From an uncultured Chloroflexia bacterium (GTDB lineage Bacteria; Chloroflexota; Limnocylindria; Limnocylindrales; CSP1-4), in the NCBI GenBank assembly GCA_963763775.1, contig CAVXPZ010000001.1:384001-448000 (forward strand): DNA of 64,000 bases. Direction: 5' to 3'. Made by a program: the position numbers and the translations under genes. Under the pieces are notes generated by a model. That model did no database searches. It was not told the DNA's origin and worked only from the letters and a program-made list of their open reading frames with translations. Of this stretch, positions 43,318 to 55,632 are shown piece by piece. The first letter of the stretch is position 1, and each line of letters begins with the position of its first letter.

Positions 43318-44000
43318 CGCTCGAGATCGACGTCCTGACGCTGTTCCCGGGCATGGTCGATGGCCCGCTGACCGAGTCCATCCCCGGCCGCGTCCAGGAG
43401 CGCGGCCTGGCGACGATCCGCATCCACGATCTTCGGGACTGGGGGATCGGCCGCCACCGGTCCGTGGACGACACCCCCTACGGCGGCGGCGCCGGGATGG
43501 TCATGCGCGTCGAGCCGGTCGCCGCCGCGCTCGATGCGCTCCGACGCCCGGACTCCACGGCGATCCTCCTCGACCCGTCGGGCGAGGTGTTTCGGCACGC
43601 CCGGGCGACGGACCTCGCGTCGCGCGGGCACCTCATCTTCGTCTGTGCCCGCTATGAAGGCGTCGACGAGCGCATCCGGGCCCTGGTCGACCTCGAGCTC
43701 TCGATCGGCGACTACGTGCTGAGCGGTGGTGAGCTGCCGGCCCTCGTCGTCATCGACGCCATCCTGCGACTGCTCCCCGGCGCCATCGACGACGCCTCGA
43801 CCGAGGAGGAGTCGTTCAGCGCCGGCCTGCTCGAGTACCCGCAGTACACGCGTCCCGCGTCGTTCCGCGGCATGGACGTCCCGGCGATCCTCTCATCGGG
43901 CGATCACGGCGCCGTGCGCGCGTGGCGGGAGGCGCAGGCCATGGCGCGCACGCGCGACCGCCGGCCCGACCTCCTCGAGGATCGGTCGGCTCAGGACTGA
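43314..44000 (+). CDS. trmD: tRNA m1G37 methyltransferase
   Basis: [40 protein letters not shown]. Confidence 0.97.
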   Translation: MTLEIDVLTLFPGMVDGPLTESIPGRVQERGLATIRIHDLRDWGIGRHRSVDDTPYGGGAGMVMRVEPVAAALDALRRPDSTAILLDPSGEVFRHARATDLASRGHLIFVCARYEGVDERIRALVDLELSIGDYVLSGGELPALVVIDAILRLLPGAIDDASTEEESFSAGLLEYPQYTRPASFRGMDVPAILSSGDHGAVRAWREAQAMARTRDRRPDLLEDRSAQD

Positions 44001-44107
44001 CCAGTCCCGAGCCCGTGCTATACTCCGGCCCCGGTCGCGCCTCGCGCGGCCATTCCGATGTGACCGACCCGCAGCCACGGCTGCCCACGACAGACCAAGG
44101 AACCGCT

Positions 44108-44458
44108 GTGAACGTGCTCGACGAGATCGTCAAGGACCAGCTCCGCTCGGACCTGCCGGAACTTGCCACCGGTGACACCGTGAAGGTGTCGGCCAAGGTG
44201 GTCGAGGGCAACCGCGAGCGCATCCAGGTATTCGAGGGCACGGTCATGCGCCTTCGCGGCGGCGGCATCACCCGGTCGATCACGGTCCGCCGGATCGCGT
44301 CGGGCGTCGGCGTCGAGCGGACGTTCAAGATCCACAGCCCGCGCATCGAGAAGATCGAGGTCGTCCGCCACGGCGTGGCGCGCCGCGCCCAGCTGTACTT
44401 CCTGCGCGACCGCGTGGGCAAGGCCGCGACCCTGCGCGAGCGCCGCACGAACAGCTAG
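44108..44458 (+). CDS. rplS: 50S ribosomal protein L19
   Basis: [31 protein letters not shown]; TGcTATACT at 44016-44024. Confidence 0.97.
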   Translation: MNVLDEIVKDQLRSDLPELATGDTVKVSAKVVEGNRERIQVFEGTVMRLRGGGITRSITVRRIASGVGVERTFKIHSPRIEKIEVVRHGVARRAQLYFLRDRVGKAATLRERRTNS

Positions 44459-44482
44459 CCGCCCGACCCGCGCCGCTCCGTC

Positions 44483-44508
44483 CGACCCCGTCGACATCGA
44501 CGGGGTCG
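44483..44508 (+). terminator. Perfect inverted repeat after rplS (hairpin, no U-tract)
   Basis: CGACCCCGTCGA-ca-TCGACGGGGTCG. Confidence 0.55.
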
Positions 44509-44539
44509 CCGCATGTCCGGCGCGCTACCCTAGGCTTCG

Positions 44540-45313
44540 ATGACCGTCATCGTCCCGACCCTCCGCCACGAGCGCCGACTCTGGAACGCGGGACTCGTCC
44601 GGGTCGTGGGCTGCGACGAGGTCGGGGTCGCCCCGACCTGCGGGGCGGTCGTCGCCGCCGCGGTGATCATGAAGCCCGGCTGCCACCGCATCCCCGGGGT
44701 CCGCGACTCGAAGACGCTTTCGGCGGCCCAGCGCGAGCGGCTCGCGCCGCTGATCCGGGCGCGGGCCGTGGCGATCGGGGTCGGCGCGGCGTCGGTCCGC
44801 GAGATCGACCAGCTGAACATCTATCACGCGACCCATCTCGCCATGCGCCGGGCCATCGCCCGGGTCGGCGGCCACGAGCACGTCCTCGTCGACGGCAACC
44901 GGATCGCCGGCTTCGAGCACCAGGTGGGTCCGTACACGAACATCGTGGACGGCGACGCGAAGGTCTACTCGATCGCGTGCGCGTCCGTCGTCGCCAAGGT
45001 CGTCCGCGACCGGATGATGGAGAAGCTCGCGCGCCGCTACCCCGGCTACGGCTGGGAGCGGAACCAGGGCTACGCGACCCAGGAGCATCGGGACGCGATC
45101 CGGGCGCTGGGCCTCACGCCGTTCCACCGGCGCTCGTTCCTCGCGCTGCAGCGGACCCTCGCCGGGGACCAGCTCGAGCTCGACCTGCTCGCCGATCCGT
45201 CCGCCTCCCCCGAGACGCACGAACGGCTCGAGCGCGAGCTCGTCCCGGTCATGGCCGACGACGCGGCGTTCGACGCCCTGGACCTCGCCGCCCTCGAGGT
45301 GGCCGCCCCGTAA
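44540..45313 (+). CDS. rnhB: Ribonuclease HII (divergent active-site loop)
   Basis: GCDEVG, VRDSKTL, VLVDGN, SIACASVVAKVVRD, GY, PFHRRSF. Confidence 0.93.
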   Translation: MTVIVPTLRHERRLWNAGLVRVVGCDEVGVAPTCGAVVAAAVIMKPGCHRIPGVRDSKTLSAAQRERLAPLIRARAVAIGVGAASVREIDQLNIYHATHLAMRRAIARVGGHEHVLVDGNRIAGFEHQVGPYTNIVDGDAKVYSIACASVVAKVVRDRMMEKLARRYPGYGWERNQGYATQEHRDAIRALGLTPFHRRSFLALQRTLAGDQLELDLLADPSASPETHERLERELVPVMADDAAFDALDLAALEVAAP

Positions 45314-45350
45314 GTGGTCGGTGGCTGCGCGATGAGTCGCGACCGCGACC

Positions 45351-45779
45351 ATGCGGGACGTGCGTGACGACGGACATCGGCCGCGGACCCGCGCCCAGGC
45401 GGCCGGAGACGACGCCGAGGCGCTGGTCGCCGCCCGGCTCGTGGGGCAGGGCTGGACGATCCTGGCGCGGAACGTGCGCGTCGGCCGTCACGAGATCGAC
45501 ATCGTGGCCATCGACCCGGGACCGCCCGGCGCGCTGGTGGTCGTGGAGGTGCGCTGGCGCGCTGACCGCTCGTTCGGACTGCCCGAGGAGACCGTCGACC
45601 ACGCGAAGCGGGCGCGAGTCCGGTCCGCGGCGTACGGGCTGCTCGACCGCGGCGTCCTCCCGAACGGTCGCGATCTCCCGCACCTGCCGCTCCGGTTCGA
45701 TCTCGTCGTGGTCGAGCCACCGACCCGCGCCTCGGGAACCACTGAGGTCCGCGTCCGGCACCACCGCGCCGCGTTCTGA
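45351..45779 (+). CDS. YraN family (UPF0102) nuclease-like protein
   Basis: GWTILARNVR..EIDIVA..VVEVR, RFDLV; rnhB-yraN synteny. Confidence 0.85.
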   Translation: MRDVRDDGHRPRTRAQAAGDDAEALVAARLVGQGWTILARNVRVGRHEIDIVAIDPGPPGALVVVEVRWRADRSFGLPEETVDHAKRARVRSAAYGLLDRGVLPNGRDLPHLPLRFDLVVVEPPTRASGTTEVRVRHHRAAF

Positions 45780-46021
45780 GTGCGCCCTCCCTGACAGGCC
45801 AGGACGGGACCCTGTGCTACACTCCCGCCCGGTCCGGGGCCCGTGATGGGACCCGAGCCGCCAGATGATCCGCCCGCGTCGAGCCGAGGTTCGGCCCGAC
45901 ACGGAGCCCACACGTGGGCCCATCCCGTCCGGGGTGGTGCCGGCGCCGATCGCCACGCGCGACGAGCCGGTCCCCGGCGACGAGGCTCGCGGAGGAACGA
46001 ACCGACAGGAGGTCGTCAACC

Positions 46022-46999
46022 GTGCCGTCCGTTTCGATGCGGCAGCTGCTCGAGGCCGGAGTCCACTTCGGCCACCAGACACGCCGCTGGAACCCCAAGA
46101 TGCGCCCGTTCATCTTCGCGGAGCGCAACGGGATCCACATCATCGATCTCGCCCAGACCGTCCAGCGCCTCGACGTGGCGCTCGAGGCCGTCCGCGACAC
46201 CGTCGCCCGCGGTGAGCTCGTGCTCTTCGTCGGCACCAAGAAGCAGGCCCAGGAGCCCGTCGCCCAGGAGGCGACGCGCGCCGGGATGCCGTATGTCAAC
46301 AAGCGCTGGCTCGGCGGCATGCTCACGAACTTCGTGACCATCAAGAAGCGCATGGGCCTGCTCGAGCAGCTCGAGGCGCGCCAGGCGGCCGGCGACTTCG
46401 AGCGGATGACCAAGAAGGAAGCCGCGAAGCTCACCGAGGAGATGGTCAAGCTCCAGGGCACGCTCGGTGGCATGCGCAAGATGAAGCGCGTCCCCGGCGC
46501 CATCTTCATCGTCGACCCGCATCGCGAGCGCATCGCCGTGACCGAGGCGAACAAGCTCGAGATCCCGGTCATCGGCACGGGCGACACGAATGTCGACCCG
46601 GACGAGCTCGATTTCATCATCCCGGCCAACGACGACGCCATCCGGTCGATCCGGCTGCTGTGCGCGCTGGTCGCCGACGCCGCCATCGAGGGCGCTCGCG
46701 AGCGGTCCGTTCGCGCCGCGGCCGAGCCCGAGGTCGTCGAGTCGGTCGCGATGCCCGAGACCGAGGACGAGGAGCCGGGCGCGTCCGACGAACTCGTCGC
46801 GGCGCTTGCCGGCGGCGCGGCCCTGACCTTCGAGCCCGACATGGACGAGGAGGACGAGCTGCTCCCGGGTGACCGGTCGGCCCGCGCCGATGCGGCCCCC
46901 GTCGAGGCTCCGGCCGAGGCGACGCCCGAGGAGATCGCCGCCGAGCTGGCGCGCGAGGCGGCCGAGAAGGCCGAGGACGAGGCCGCGACGCCGGCCTGA
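46022..46999 (+). CDS. rpsB: 30S ribosomal protein S2 with acidic tail
   Basis: [37 protein letters not shown]; SD AGGAGG. Confidence 0.97.
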   Translation: MPSVSMRQLLEAGVHFGHQTRRWNPKMRPFIFAERNGIHIIDLAQTVQRLDVALEAVRDTVARGELVLFVGTKKQAQEPVAQEATRAGMPYVNKRWLGGMLTNFVTIKKRMGLLEQLEARQAAGDFERMTKKEAAKLTEEMVKLQGTLGGMRKMKRVPGAIFIVDPHRERIAVTEANKLEIPVIGTGDTNVDPDELDFIIPANDDAIRSIRLLCALVADAAIEGARERSVRAAAEPEVVESVAMPETEDEEPGASDELVAALAGGAALTFEPDMDEEDELLPGDRSARADAAPVEAPAEATPEEIAAELAREAAEKAEDEAATPA

Positions 47000-47098
47000 C
47001 CTGGGCCGCGCGTCCGGACCGGATCCGGGCACACATCACCCATACCCACACCCGGCGGCCGCGGTGGCGCGCCGACATCACAGGAGCGACGAACACCC

Positions 47099-47694
<596 letters not shown>

Positions 47695-47698
<4 letters not shown>

Positions 47699-48477
47699 GC
47701 GAGACCGGACCCGCGACGCCGGGAGCGACCGACGGGTCGCTCCGGTACCGCCGGATCCTGCTCAAGCTGTCCGGTGAGGCGCTGCTCGGGGACCGCGCGT
47801 ACGGCGTCGACCCGGCGGTCTGTGCGTTCATCGCGCACCAGGTCGCCGAGATCCACGGCCTCGGGGTCCAGATCGGCATCGTCGTCGGCGGGGGCAACAT
47901 CTTCCGGGGCCTTGCGGCGTCCGCGCGGGGGATGGACCGCGCGACGGGCGACTACATCGGCATGCTCGCGACGGTCATGAACGGCCTGGCCCTCCAGGAC
48001 GCGCTCGAGCGGGCCGGCGTCCCGACGCGGGTCATGACCGCCATCGCGATGAACGAGGTCGCCGAGCCGTACATCCGGCGTCGCGCCATCCGGCACCTCG
48101 AGAAGGGGCGGGTCGCGCTCTTCGTCGCGGGCACGGGCAACCCTTACTTCACCACGGACACCGCCGCGGCCCTGCGCGCGGTCGAGATCAACGCCGAGGT
48201 CCTCCTCAAGGCGACCAAGGTCGACGGCGTCTACGACAAGGACCCGATGGCGCACCCGGACGCCGAGCGCTACGCGCAGCTCGAGTACGCGGATCTCCTC
48301 CGCGACCAGCTCAAGGTGCTCGATGCGACCGCCGTGAGCCTGTGCATGGAGAACGACCTCCCCATCGTCGTCTTCGACCTCAACCAGCCCGACAACATCA
48401 CGCGGGTGGCCGCCGGCGAGCCGGTGGGGACCCTGATCTCGGGCGCCACGCCCGCCACCGGAGGGGTGCGCGCATGA
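47695..48477 (+). CDS. pyrH: UMP kinase
   Basis: [30 protein letters not shown]. Confidence 0.97.
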
Positions 48478-49031
48478 GCAGCCAGTCCATCCCCGAGGCC
48501 GACCAGAAGATGGGGCGCGCGGTCGAGGCCATGGAGCGCGACTTCCAGGGCATCCGGACCGGTCGCGCCTCGACCGCCCTGGTCGAGCGGATCCACGTCG
48601 AGTACTACGGCACGTCGACGCCGCTCAACCAGCTCGCCGGGATCAGCGTCCCGGAGCCGCACCAGATCGTCATCCAGCCATGGGACCGCGGCGTGCTCGG
48701 GGCGATCGAGAAGGCCATCACCAAGAGCGATATCGGGCTCATGCCCAATGTCGACGGGACCGTCGTCCGGCTCAACATCCCGCCGCTCACCGAGGAGCGT
48801 CGCAAGGACCTCGTCCGAGTCGTCCACAAGCGGATGGAGGAGGCCCGCGTCGAGATCCGCAACCTCCGACGGGATGCGGCCGACGAGCTGAAGAAGGAAG
48901 AGCGCGACGGCGGCGTCGGCGCCGACGAGTCCCATCGCCAGCTCGAGATCCTGCAGAAGACCACCGATCGGCACATCGCCGACGTCGACCGACTCGGCGC
49001 CGCCAAGGAACAGGAGATCCTGGAGGTCTAG
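48474..49031 (+). CDS. frr: Ribosome recycling factor
   Basis: [25 protein letters not shown]. Confidence 0.97.
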   Translation: MSSQSIPEADQKMGRAVEAMERDFQGIRTGRASTALVERIHVEYYGTSTPLNQLAGISVPEPHQIVIQPWDRGVLGAIEKAITKSDIGLMPNVDGTVVRLNIPPLTEERRKDLVRVVHKRMEEARVEIRNLRRDAADELKKEERDGGVGADESHRQLEILQKTTDRHIADVDRLGAAKEQEILEV

Positions 49032-49786
49032 TGGCTCGCGCACCGCTCGCCCGACCCGCGGAGGACGCCCCGAACGACGCCGGTCCGTTCGACGTCGCGC
49101 CCGAGGACCTGCCGCGCCACGTCGCGATCATCATGGACGGCAATCGCCGCTGGGCGCGCGAGGCCGGCAAGTCCGAGGCCGAGGGTCACGCCGCCGGCGT
49201 CGAGGCGATCCGACCGATCATCCGCCACGCCGTCCGGCGCGGGGTCGCGGCGCTCTCGCTGTTCGCGTTCAGCAGCGAGAACTGGTCACGCTCACCGGAG
49301 GAGGTCGGCGTCCTCCTGGGCCTCCTCGACTCGGCCATCCGCGACGAGACGCCCGAGCTCCAGGCCCAGGGCGTCCGCATCCGGCTGCTCGGCCGACTCG
49401 AGGAATTGCCGTCCGACACCCGCGAGTCGATCACCGAGGCCATCGGCGCGACCGCCGACGGCGACCGCCTGATGCTCAACGTCGCGTTCAACTACTCGGG
49501 TCGCCACGAGATCGTGGACGCGGCCCGGCGCTGCGTCCGCGACGGTCTGACCGCCGACGAGATCGACGAGGACGCGATCGACGCCCGTCTCTACACCGTC
49601 GGCCTGCCGCCCCTCGACCTGCTCATCCGGACCGGCCGCGAATACCGGATCAGCAACTTCCTCATCTGGCAGGCGCAGTACGCCGAGCTGTACTTCACGG
49701 ACCTGCTGTGGCCGGACTTCGACCAGGCTGCCTTCGATGAGGCGCTCGTGGAGTTCGCGCGCCGCCATCGCCGGTTCGGGCGCTGA
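49031..49786 (+). CDS. uppS: Polyprenyl diphosphate synthase
   Basis: HVAIIMDGNRRWA, FSSENW, RISNFLIWQ..YAE, RRFG. Confidence 0.96.
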   Translation: MARAPLARPAEDAPNDAGPFDVAPEDLPRHVAIIMDGNRRWAREAGKSEAEGHAAGVEAIRPIIRHAVRRGVAALSLFAFSSENWSRSPEEVGVLLGLLDSAIRDETPELQAQGVRIRLLGRLEELPSDTRESITEAIGATADGDRLMLNVAFNYSGRHEIVDAARRCVRDGLTADEIDEDAIDARLYTVGLPPLDLLIRTGREYRISNFLIWQAQYAELYFTDLLWPDFDQAAFDEALVEFARRHRRFGR

Positions 49787-49799
49787 CGGGGCCGCGAGC

Positions 49800-50627
49800 A
49801 TGCGTCAGCGAGCCATCAGCGCGGCCGTCCTCGTCCCGGTCCTGCTCGTCGTGCTGTGGATCGGCGGCATCGTCCTGGCCGCCGCCATCGCGATCGTGAC
49901 CGCGCTCGCCGCGGTCGAGGTGTTCCGGCTCCTGCGGACCGCCGGGTACGCCACGTTGGCGGCCCTCGGGACCGCGTTGGCGCTCGCCGTCGTCTTCGAC
50001 GCGGCCTTTCCCAAGGTCCTCGAGGGCAGCGGGCTGCTCCTCGTCGCCGTGGGCATCGTCCTGATCGCCGTGGCGGCCTTCGGCAAGACGGATCCGCACG
50101 AGGGGCTCGCCACCTGGCAGGCCACGGTCTTCGGCGCGCTCTACGTGTCGCTGCTGTCCTTCGTCCTCCGGCTGGGGCACGCCGCCCCGCCGATCCCCCA
50201 GGGTGCCCCCCTCTACGGTCGCGGGAACGAGACGGCCTGGATCCTGCTCCTGCTGCTGTCCGTGTGGGCCTACGACACCGGGGCCTACCTCGTCGGCAAG
50301 CAGTTCGGCCGGGAGAAGTTCCTGACCCACATCTCGCCGTCGAAGACGTACGCCGGACTCGTGGGCGGGATCGTGGCGACGACCGTCGTCATGGCCATCG
50401 CCCTGTGGGCCGTCGGCCAGTCGCCGCTGCACGCGATCGTGCTCGGGCCGCTGACGGCGCTCGCGGCCCAGGCCGGCGACCTCGCCGAGTCCGTCATCAA
50501 GCGCGCGGCCGGCGTGAAGGACTCGGGCGACCTCATCCCCGGTCACGGCGGGATGCTCGACCGCGTGGACTCCTTCCTCTTCGCCGCGCCGGTCGTGACC
50601 CTGTATGTCGTCGCCATCCTCCGCTGA
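49800..50627 (+). CDS. cdsA: Phosphatidate cytidylyltransferase
   Basis: DTGAY, ISPSKT, GDLAES.IKR..GVKDSG.LIPGHGGMLDRVDS. Confidence 0.95.
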   Translation: MRQRAISAAVLVPVLLVVLWIGGIVLAAAIAIVTALAAVEVFRLLRTAGYATLAALGTALALAVVFDAAFPKVLEGSGLLLVAVGIVLIAVAAFGKTDPHEGLATWQATVFGALYVSLLSFVLRLGHAAPPIPQGAPLYGRGNETAWILLLLLSVWAYDTGAYLVGKQFGREKFLTHISPSKTYAGLVGGIVATTVVMAIALWAVGQSPLHAIVLGPLTALAAQAGDLAESVIKRAAGVKDSGDLIPGHGGMLDRVDSFLFAAPVVTLYVVAILR

Positions 50628-51795
50628 GGAGCATCCGCGCCGCGGGGTGGCGCTGATCGGCTCGGCCGGGTCGATCGGCCGGCAGACCGTCGACGTCCTC
50701 GAGGCGCATGCGGATGCGTTCCGCGTCGTCGCGATCGCCACCGGCACCAACGCCGCCGTGCTCGAGGAGCAGGCCACCAGGCTCCGGCCTTCGGTCGCGC
50801 TGCTGGGTCCGTCGCCCGCGGCCCTGGAGGACCTCGTGACGCGCGACGACGTGGACCTCGTGGTCATCGCGACCGGCGGCGTGGTCAGCCTGCGGCCGGT
50901 CCTCGCCGCCCTGGCCGCCGGCAAGGTCGTGGCGACGGCCAACAAGGAGACCCTGGTCGCGGGCGGCCACCTCGTGATGCCCGAGGCGCGCCGGCTCGCG
51001 GCCGCCGTGGCCGCGGATCGGGGCGACGTCGACCCTTTCGCGAACCCGTTGGCCTGGGTCCGTCCGATCGACTCGGAGCATTCGGCGATCTGGCAGTGCC
51101 TGGTGGGGGAGCGCATGAGCGACGTCGCGGCGCTGGTCCTCACCGCATCCGGCGGGCCGTTCCTCGACGCGACCGAGGCGGAACTCGCCGCGGTGACCCC
51201 GAGTCAGGCCCTCCGACACCCCACCTGGACCATGGGCGCGAAGATCACCATCGATTCGGCGACGCTCGCGAACAAGGGCCTGGAGGTCATCGAAGCCCGC
51301 TGGCTGTACGATGTCGGGGACGACGCCATCGAGGTCGTCATCCATCCCCAGAGTGTCGTGCACTCGGCCGTGCGCTTCCGCGACGGCTCCCTCAAGGCCC
51401 AGTTGGGCACCCCGGACATGCGACTTCCCATCCAGTACGCCCTCACCTACCCGGTCCGCCTCCCGTCGCCTGCCGTGCCCGTCGACCTGATCGGGGCGGC
51501 CAGGCTCGACTTCCGCGCCCCCGACGAGACCCGGTTCCCGGCGCTGCGCATCGCGCGTGAGGCCGGCCGGCTCGGACCGCGGGCCTCGGCGGCACTGATC
51601 GCGGCCGACGACGTCGCGGTCGCGCGGTTCCTCGAGGGGACCCTGCCGTTCACCGGCATCCCGGCCCTGCTGGAGGCCGCCGTGGACCGCTTCGGACGCG
51701 ATGGGGCGCCGGATCCCGACGTCGACGGCCTGGTGGAGCTTGACGCCGCGGTCCACGCAGCCTTCGCGACCGGGCCAGTGGGGATCGGCGCGTGA
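50605..51795 (+). CDS. dxr: 1-deoxy-D-xylulose-5-phosphate reductoisomerase
   Basis: GSAGSIG, ANKETLV, PIDSEHSAI, TASGGPF, HPTWTMGAKITIDSA. Confidence 0.96.
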   Translation: MSSPSSAEEHPRRGVALIGSAGSIGRQTVDVLEAHADAFRVVAIATGTNAAVLEEQATRLRPSVALLGPSPAALEDLVTRDDVDLVVIATGGVVSLRPVLAALAAGKVVATANKETLVAGGHLVMPEARRLAAAVAADRGDVDPFANPLAWVRPIDSEHSAIWQCLVGERMSDVAALVLTASGGPFLDATEAELAAVTPSQALRHPTWTMGAKITIDSATLANKGLEVIEARWLYDVGDDAIEVVIHPQSVVHSAVRFRDGSLKAQLGTPDMRLPIQYALTYPVRLPSPAVPVDLIGAARLDFRAPDETRFPALRIAREAGRLGPRASAALIAADDVAVARFLEGTLPFTGIPALLEAAVDRFGRDGAPDPDVDGLVELDAAVHAAFATGPVGIGA

Positions 51796-52909
51796 CGGGC
51801 TTCTTCCAGTCGGTCATCACGGTCGTCCTGTTCTTCGCGATCCTCGGGATCCTCGTGATCATCCACGAGCTCGGGCACTTCGTGACCGCCCGGCTGGCGC
51901 ACGTCCGCGTGCTCGAGTTCGGCGTCGGCTTCCCGCCGCGCGCCAAGGTGCTGCGCAACAAGGGCGAGACGGTCTACACGCTCAACTGGCTGCCCATCGG
52001 CGGCTTCGTGAAGCTCGAGGGCGAGGACGGCGACGCCGCCGACGACCCGCACTCGTTCTCGGCGCAGCGGTTCGGCGTCAAGCTCTGGATCCTCGTCGCC
52101 GGCGTCCTGATGAACCTCCTGCTCGCGTTCGCGATCTTCACCGCGATCGCCTGGCTCGCGACGCCGTTCGTCGGCGTGACGGTCCCGGCGGTGCAGGCGG
52201 ACTCGCCGGCGTCCCGAGCCGGCCTGGTCGCCGGCGACTCGATCATCGCGGTCGACGGCCAGCGCTACGACTGGTTCGGCGGCACCTCGCCGCTCGACGA
52301 GCTGCGGGAACGAGCCGGACAGACGGTCGTGCTGACGGTCGTCCGGACCGGCGGGGTCCGCGAGGACCTGACGGTCACGCTCCGACCCGCCGACCAGATC
52401 GATGCCGGTCACGGGGCGCTCGGCGTCAGCCGGACCGACGCGGAGCCGTTCCAGACCTACTTCTTCGGCGAGTACACCGGGCACGACCTGTGGACCGCGA
52501 TCCAGATCGGTGCGCGCGAGACGGTCCGTTCGCTGGGCCTGATCCTCGGCGGCCTCGGCGCGCTCGTCTCGTCGATCGCCACGAACCCGACGGCTCCGCC
52601 GCCCGTCTCCGGACCCGTCGGCATCGCGACGCAGATCGGCGATGTCTTCTGGAACGCCGGTCCCGTCATGCTGCTGTATGTCGCCGGGATCCTCTCGGCG
52701 AACCTCGCGCTCGTGAACGTCCTGCCCGTTCCCGCCGCTGGACGGCGGCCGGATGCTGATGATCACGCTCAAACGCATCTTCGGCGCACGCATGAGCCTC
52801 CAGGTGGAGCAGCTGACCTACATGGTCGGGTTCGTGTTCCTGTTCGTGTTCCTGATCTGGATCACCGGGCTTCGACATCATCCGCAGTCTCGGCGGCGCC
52901 GGGTCGTGA
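51792..52909 (+). CDS. rseP: Site-2 intramembrane metalloprotease with PDZ domain (probable frameshifts near 52727 and 52867)
   Basis: HELGH, LPIGGFV, PDZ, NVLP(F)PPLDGG split by an extra base. Confidence 0.92.
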
Positions 52910-54143
52910 CCTCGCCCGACCAGGGCCGGCCGCGACGCCACGCGACGGTCAGCGTCGACGTCGGCGGCGTCCTCGTCGGGAGCGCGCATCCCATCGTCGT
53001 CCAGTCGATGACGAATACGGACACCGCCGACGCGGACGCCACGGCGATCCAGGTCGCCCGGCTCGCGCACGCCGGCTCGCAGCTCGTCCGCGTCACGGTG
53101 AACACCGAGGAGGCCGCTGCCGCGGTCCCGGAGATGGTGCGCAAGGTCCGCGGGCTCGGCGTCGACGTGCCGATCATCGGCGACTTCCACTACAACGGGC
53201 ACAAGCTCCTGACCGAGTACCCGGACATGGCCGCGCGCGCTCGCGAAGTACCGGATCAACCCCGGCAACGTCGGCGCCAAGCGCCATGACGAGCATTTCG
53301 CGACGATCGTCAAGGTCGCCATCGACAACGACGTCCCGGTCCGGATCGGCGTCAACTGGGGCTCGCTCGACCAGGCGATCCTGACCGAGCTGATGGACGT
53401 CGAACGCCGCCTCGACGCGGCCGCGCGACGCGCGCGACGTGATGATCGACGCGATGCTCGAGTCCGCGATCCGCTCGGCCGAGCTCGCGGAGGCGACCGG
53501 CCTCCGTCACGACCGGATCATCCTCTCGGCGAAGGTCTCGGGCGTGCGCGACCTCGTCGACACGTACCGGCGCCTGGCCGGCCGCTCGGACCACCCGCTC
53601 CACCTCGGACTGACCGAAGCGGGCATGGGCGACAAGGGCGTGATCGCCTCCACGGCCGGCCTGGCCATCCTGCTCAACGAGGGCATCGGCGACACGATCC
53701 GGGTCTCGCTGACGCCCGAGCCCGGCGCGCCGCGCGAGCGCGAGGTCGAGGTGGCCCAGCAGATCCTGCAATCGATGGGTCTGCGCTCGTTCCTGCCGCA
53801 GGTCAGCGCCTGCCCGGGATGCGGACGCACGACCAGCACGTTCTTCCAGGAGATGGCGCAGCAGATCCAGGCGTATCTCAAGGAACGGATGCCCGAATGG
53901 CGCGAGACTCATCCGGGCGCAGAGGACCTGCGTGTCGCCGTCATGGGCTGCGTGGTCAACGGCCCCGGCGAATCGAAGCACGCCGACATCGGGATCTCGC
54001 TGCCCGGGACCTTCGAGGAGCCGGTGGCACCAGTCTTCATCGACGGGCGACTCGACCGGACGCTCCGCGGCGACGGGCTCGTGGCCGAGTTCATCGACAT
54101 CCTCGAGGCGTACGTGCAGCAGCGGTTCCCCAGCCCGGTCTAG
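52906..54143 (+). CDS. ispG: HMB-PP synthase (probable frameshifts near 53235 and 53420)
   Basis: [56 protein letters not shown]. Confidence 0.94.
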
Positions 54144-55321
54144 TCGACGAGGACTCGGACCGCCTTCGGCGAGCGGTATTCGTGACCGCGGAAGACCACG
54201 TCGTGGTCGGGGTCGAGCCGAAGCCGCGGGAAACGCTCCAGCAGGGCACGGATCGCGATCCGAAGCTGGACTCGCGCGAAGTGATGGCCGATGCAGTAGT
54301 GCGGCCCCGTCGCGAAGGCCAGGTGCGCGCGACGCGGCCGGCGGATGTCGAACCGGTCGGCGGTCGGCCCCCAGACCTCGCCATCGCGATTGGCGGAGGC
54401 GACCACGAGGATCGCTCGGGCATCCTCCGGCAGCGTGACGCCGCCGATCCGCGTGCCGGGCGCGACGCCGCGGAGCAGGTTCCCGATCGGTGCCGTCCAG
54501 CGCAGGCCCTCCTCGACGGCGAGCGCGATCAGGTCGGTGTCGGCGACGACGGCCGTGCGCTGAGCCTCGTCGGCCAGCAGGCACGCGGCGATGGTCGCGC
54601 CGCCATGGGCCGGTTCCTGGAGACCGCCGAGGAGCACGAGCTTGAAGGAGGGCATCGCGAAGGCGATCCGGTCCTCGAGCGGCCCGTCGGTGGCGGCGAC
54701 CAGGTGCGAGATGAGGTCGTCGGCGGGGGCGGCGAGACGTTCCGCGAACCGCGGCGCGACGGTGGCCTCGATCTCGCGGCCGATGGTGTCGCAGTGGTCG
54801 GTCTTGGCGGGGTCGTCCTCGTAGTTCGAGACGCCGTCCGCCAGCCCCGCGAACCAACGCACGAGGGTCGCGGCGTCGACGAGGTCGGCGATGCCCATGG
54901 CGTGGGCGAGGGACAGGACCGAGATCGGCTCGAAGTAGTCGGCGACGAGGTTCGCGGACCCCATGTCCGCGAGCGCGTCCAGGCGGTCGGCGCAGAGCCG
55001 CTCCAGCACGTCCGGCAGGAGCGCCTCGACGGCTCGGGGCCGGAGCGTCGGATCGAACGGCCGCCGCCGGCGTTTGGCCGGCTCCCCGTCGGTGGTCATC
55101 ATCGAGACGCCGCCCAGCGCCCGGTCGGTCGGCGAATGCGCGACGTGGGCAGGGAATGCCACGGGATCCGTGCATGCCGCCTCCACATCGGCCCACCGCG
55201 TGACCATCCAGACATCGAGGCACGGCATGTAGGCGACCGGGGCGCGCTCGCGGAGGGCCGCATAGACCGGGTACGGGTCGCGTTCCAGGTCCTCGACCGT
55301 GACGGCCGCGATGTCGATCAC
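54140..55321 (-). CDS. Cytochrome P450, GcoA/CYP255-like
   Basis: Heme motif [14 protein letters not shown] (ExxR), I-helix [11 protein letters not shown]; GTG start overlaps the Rieske stop. Confidence 0.92.
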   Translation of the reverse strand: MIDIAAVTVEDLERDPYPVYAALRERAPVAYMPCLDVWMVTRWADVEAACTDPVAFPAHVAHSPTDRALGGVSMMTTDGEPAKRRRRPFDPTLRPRAVEALLPDVLERLCADRLDALADMGSANLVADYFEPISVLSLAHAMGIADLVDAATLVRWFAGLADGVSNYEDDPAKTDHCDTIGREIEATVAPRFAERLAAPADDLISHLVAATDGPLEDRIAFAMPSFKLVLLGGLQEPAHGGATIAACLLADEAQRTAVVADTDLIALAVEEGLRWTAPIGNLLRGVAPGTRIGGVTLPEDARAILVVASANRDGEVWGPTADRFDIRRPRRAHLAFATGPHYCIGHHFARVQLRIAIRALLERFPRLRLDPDHDVVFRGHEYRSPKAVRVLVD

Positions 55322-55632
55322 GGGACGAAGACCTCGAGCACCGAGGCGGTCGTCCGGACCTCGAACGTGGCCACGGGCGTGCGAGCCGGCGGACGGCGGA
55401 CGGCGCCCGTCGCGAGGTCGAACTCCGAGCCGTGGCAGTCGCAGACCATGCGGGCGTCCTCCACGGCGCCGTCTTCGCTGAATGCGCATCCGGCGTGGCT
55501 GCAGCGGTCTTCGAGGGCGTACCACCGGTCGCCCCACGCGACGAGCACGATGGATCGCCCGCCGACCGCGACCGGGATCGGCCGCGGCTCCGCGGTCGGG
55601 AGGGCGGCGACGGCGGTCTCGAACCAGGGCAT
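55318..55632 (-). CDS. Rieske [2Fe-2S] ferredoxin
   Basis: 104 aa; CSH...CDCHGSEFD; GAVRRPPA. Confidence 0.92.
   Translation of the reverse strand: MPWFETAVAALPTAEPRPIPVAVGGRSIVLVAWGDRWYALEDRCSHAGCAFSEDGAVEDARMVCDCHGSEFDLATGAVRRPPARTPVATFEVRTTASVLEVFVP

Noticed and set aside
54140-55632. P450-Rieske pair as a mobile element
   Set aside because: No flanking repeats, integrase, transposase or obvious composition shift.
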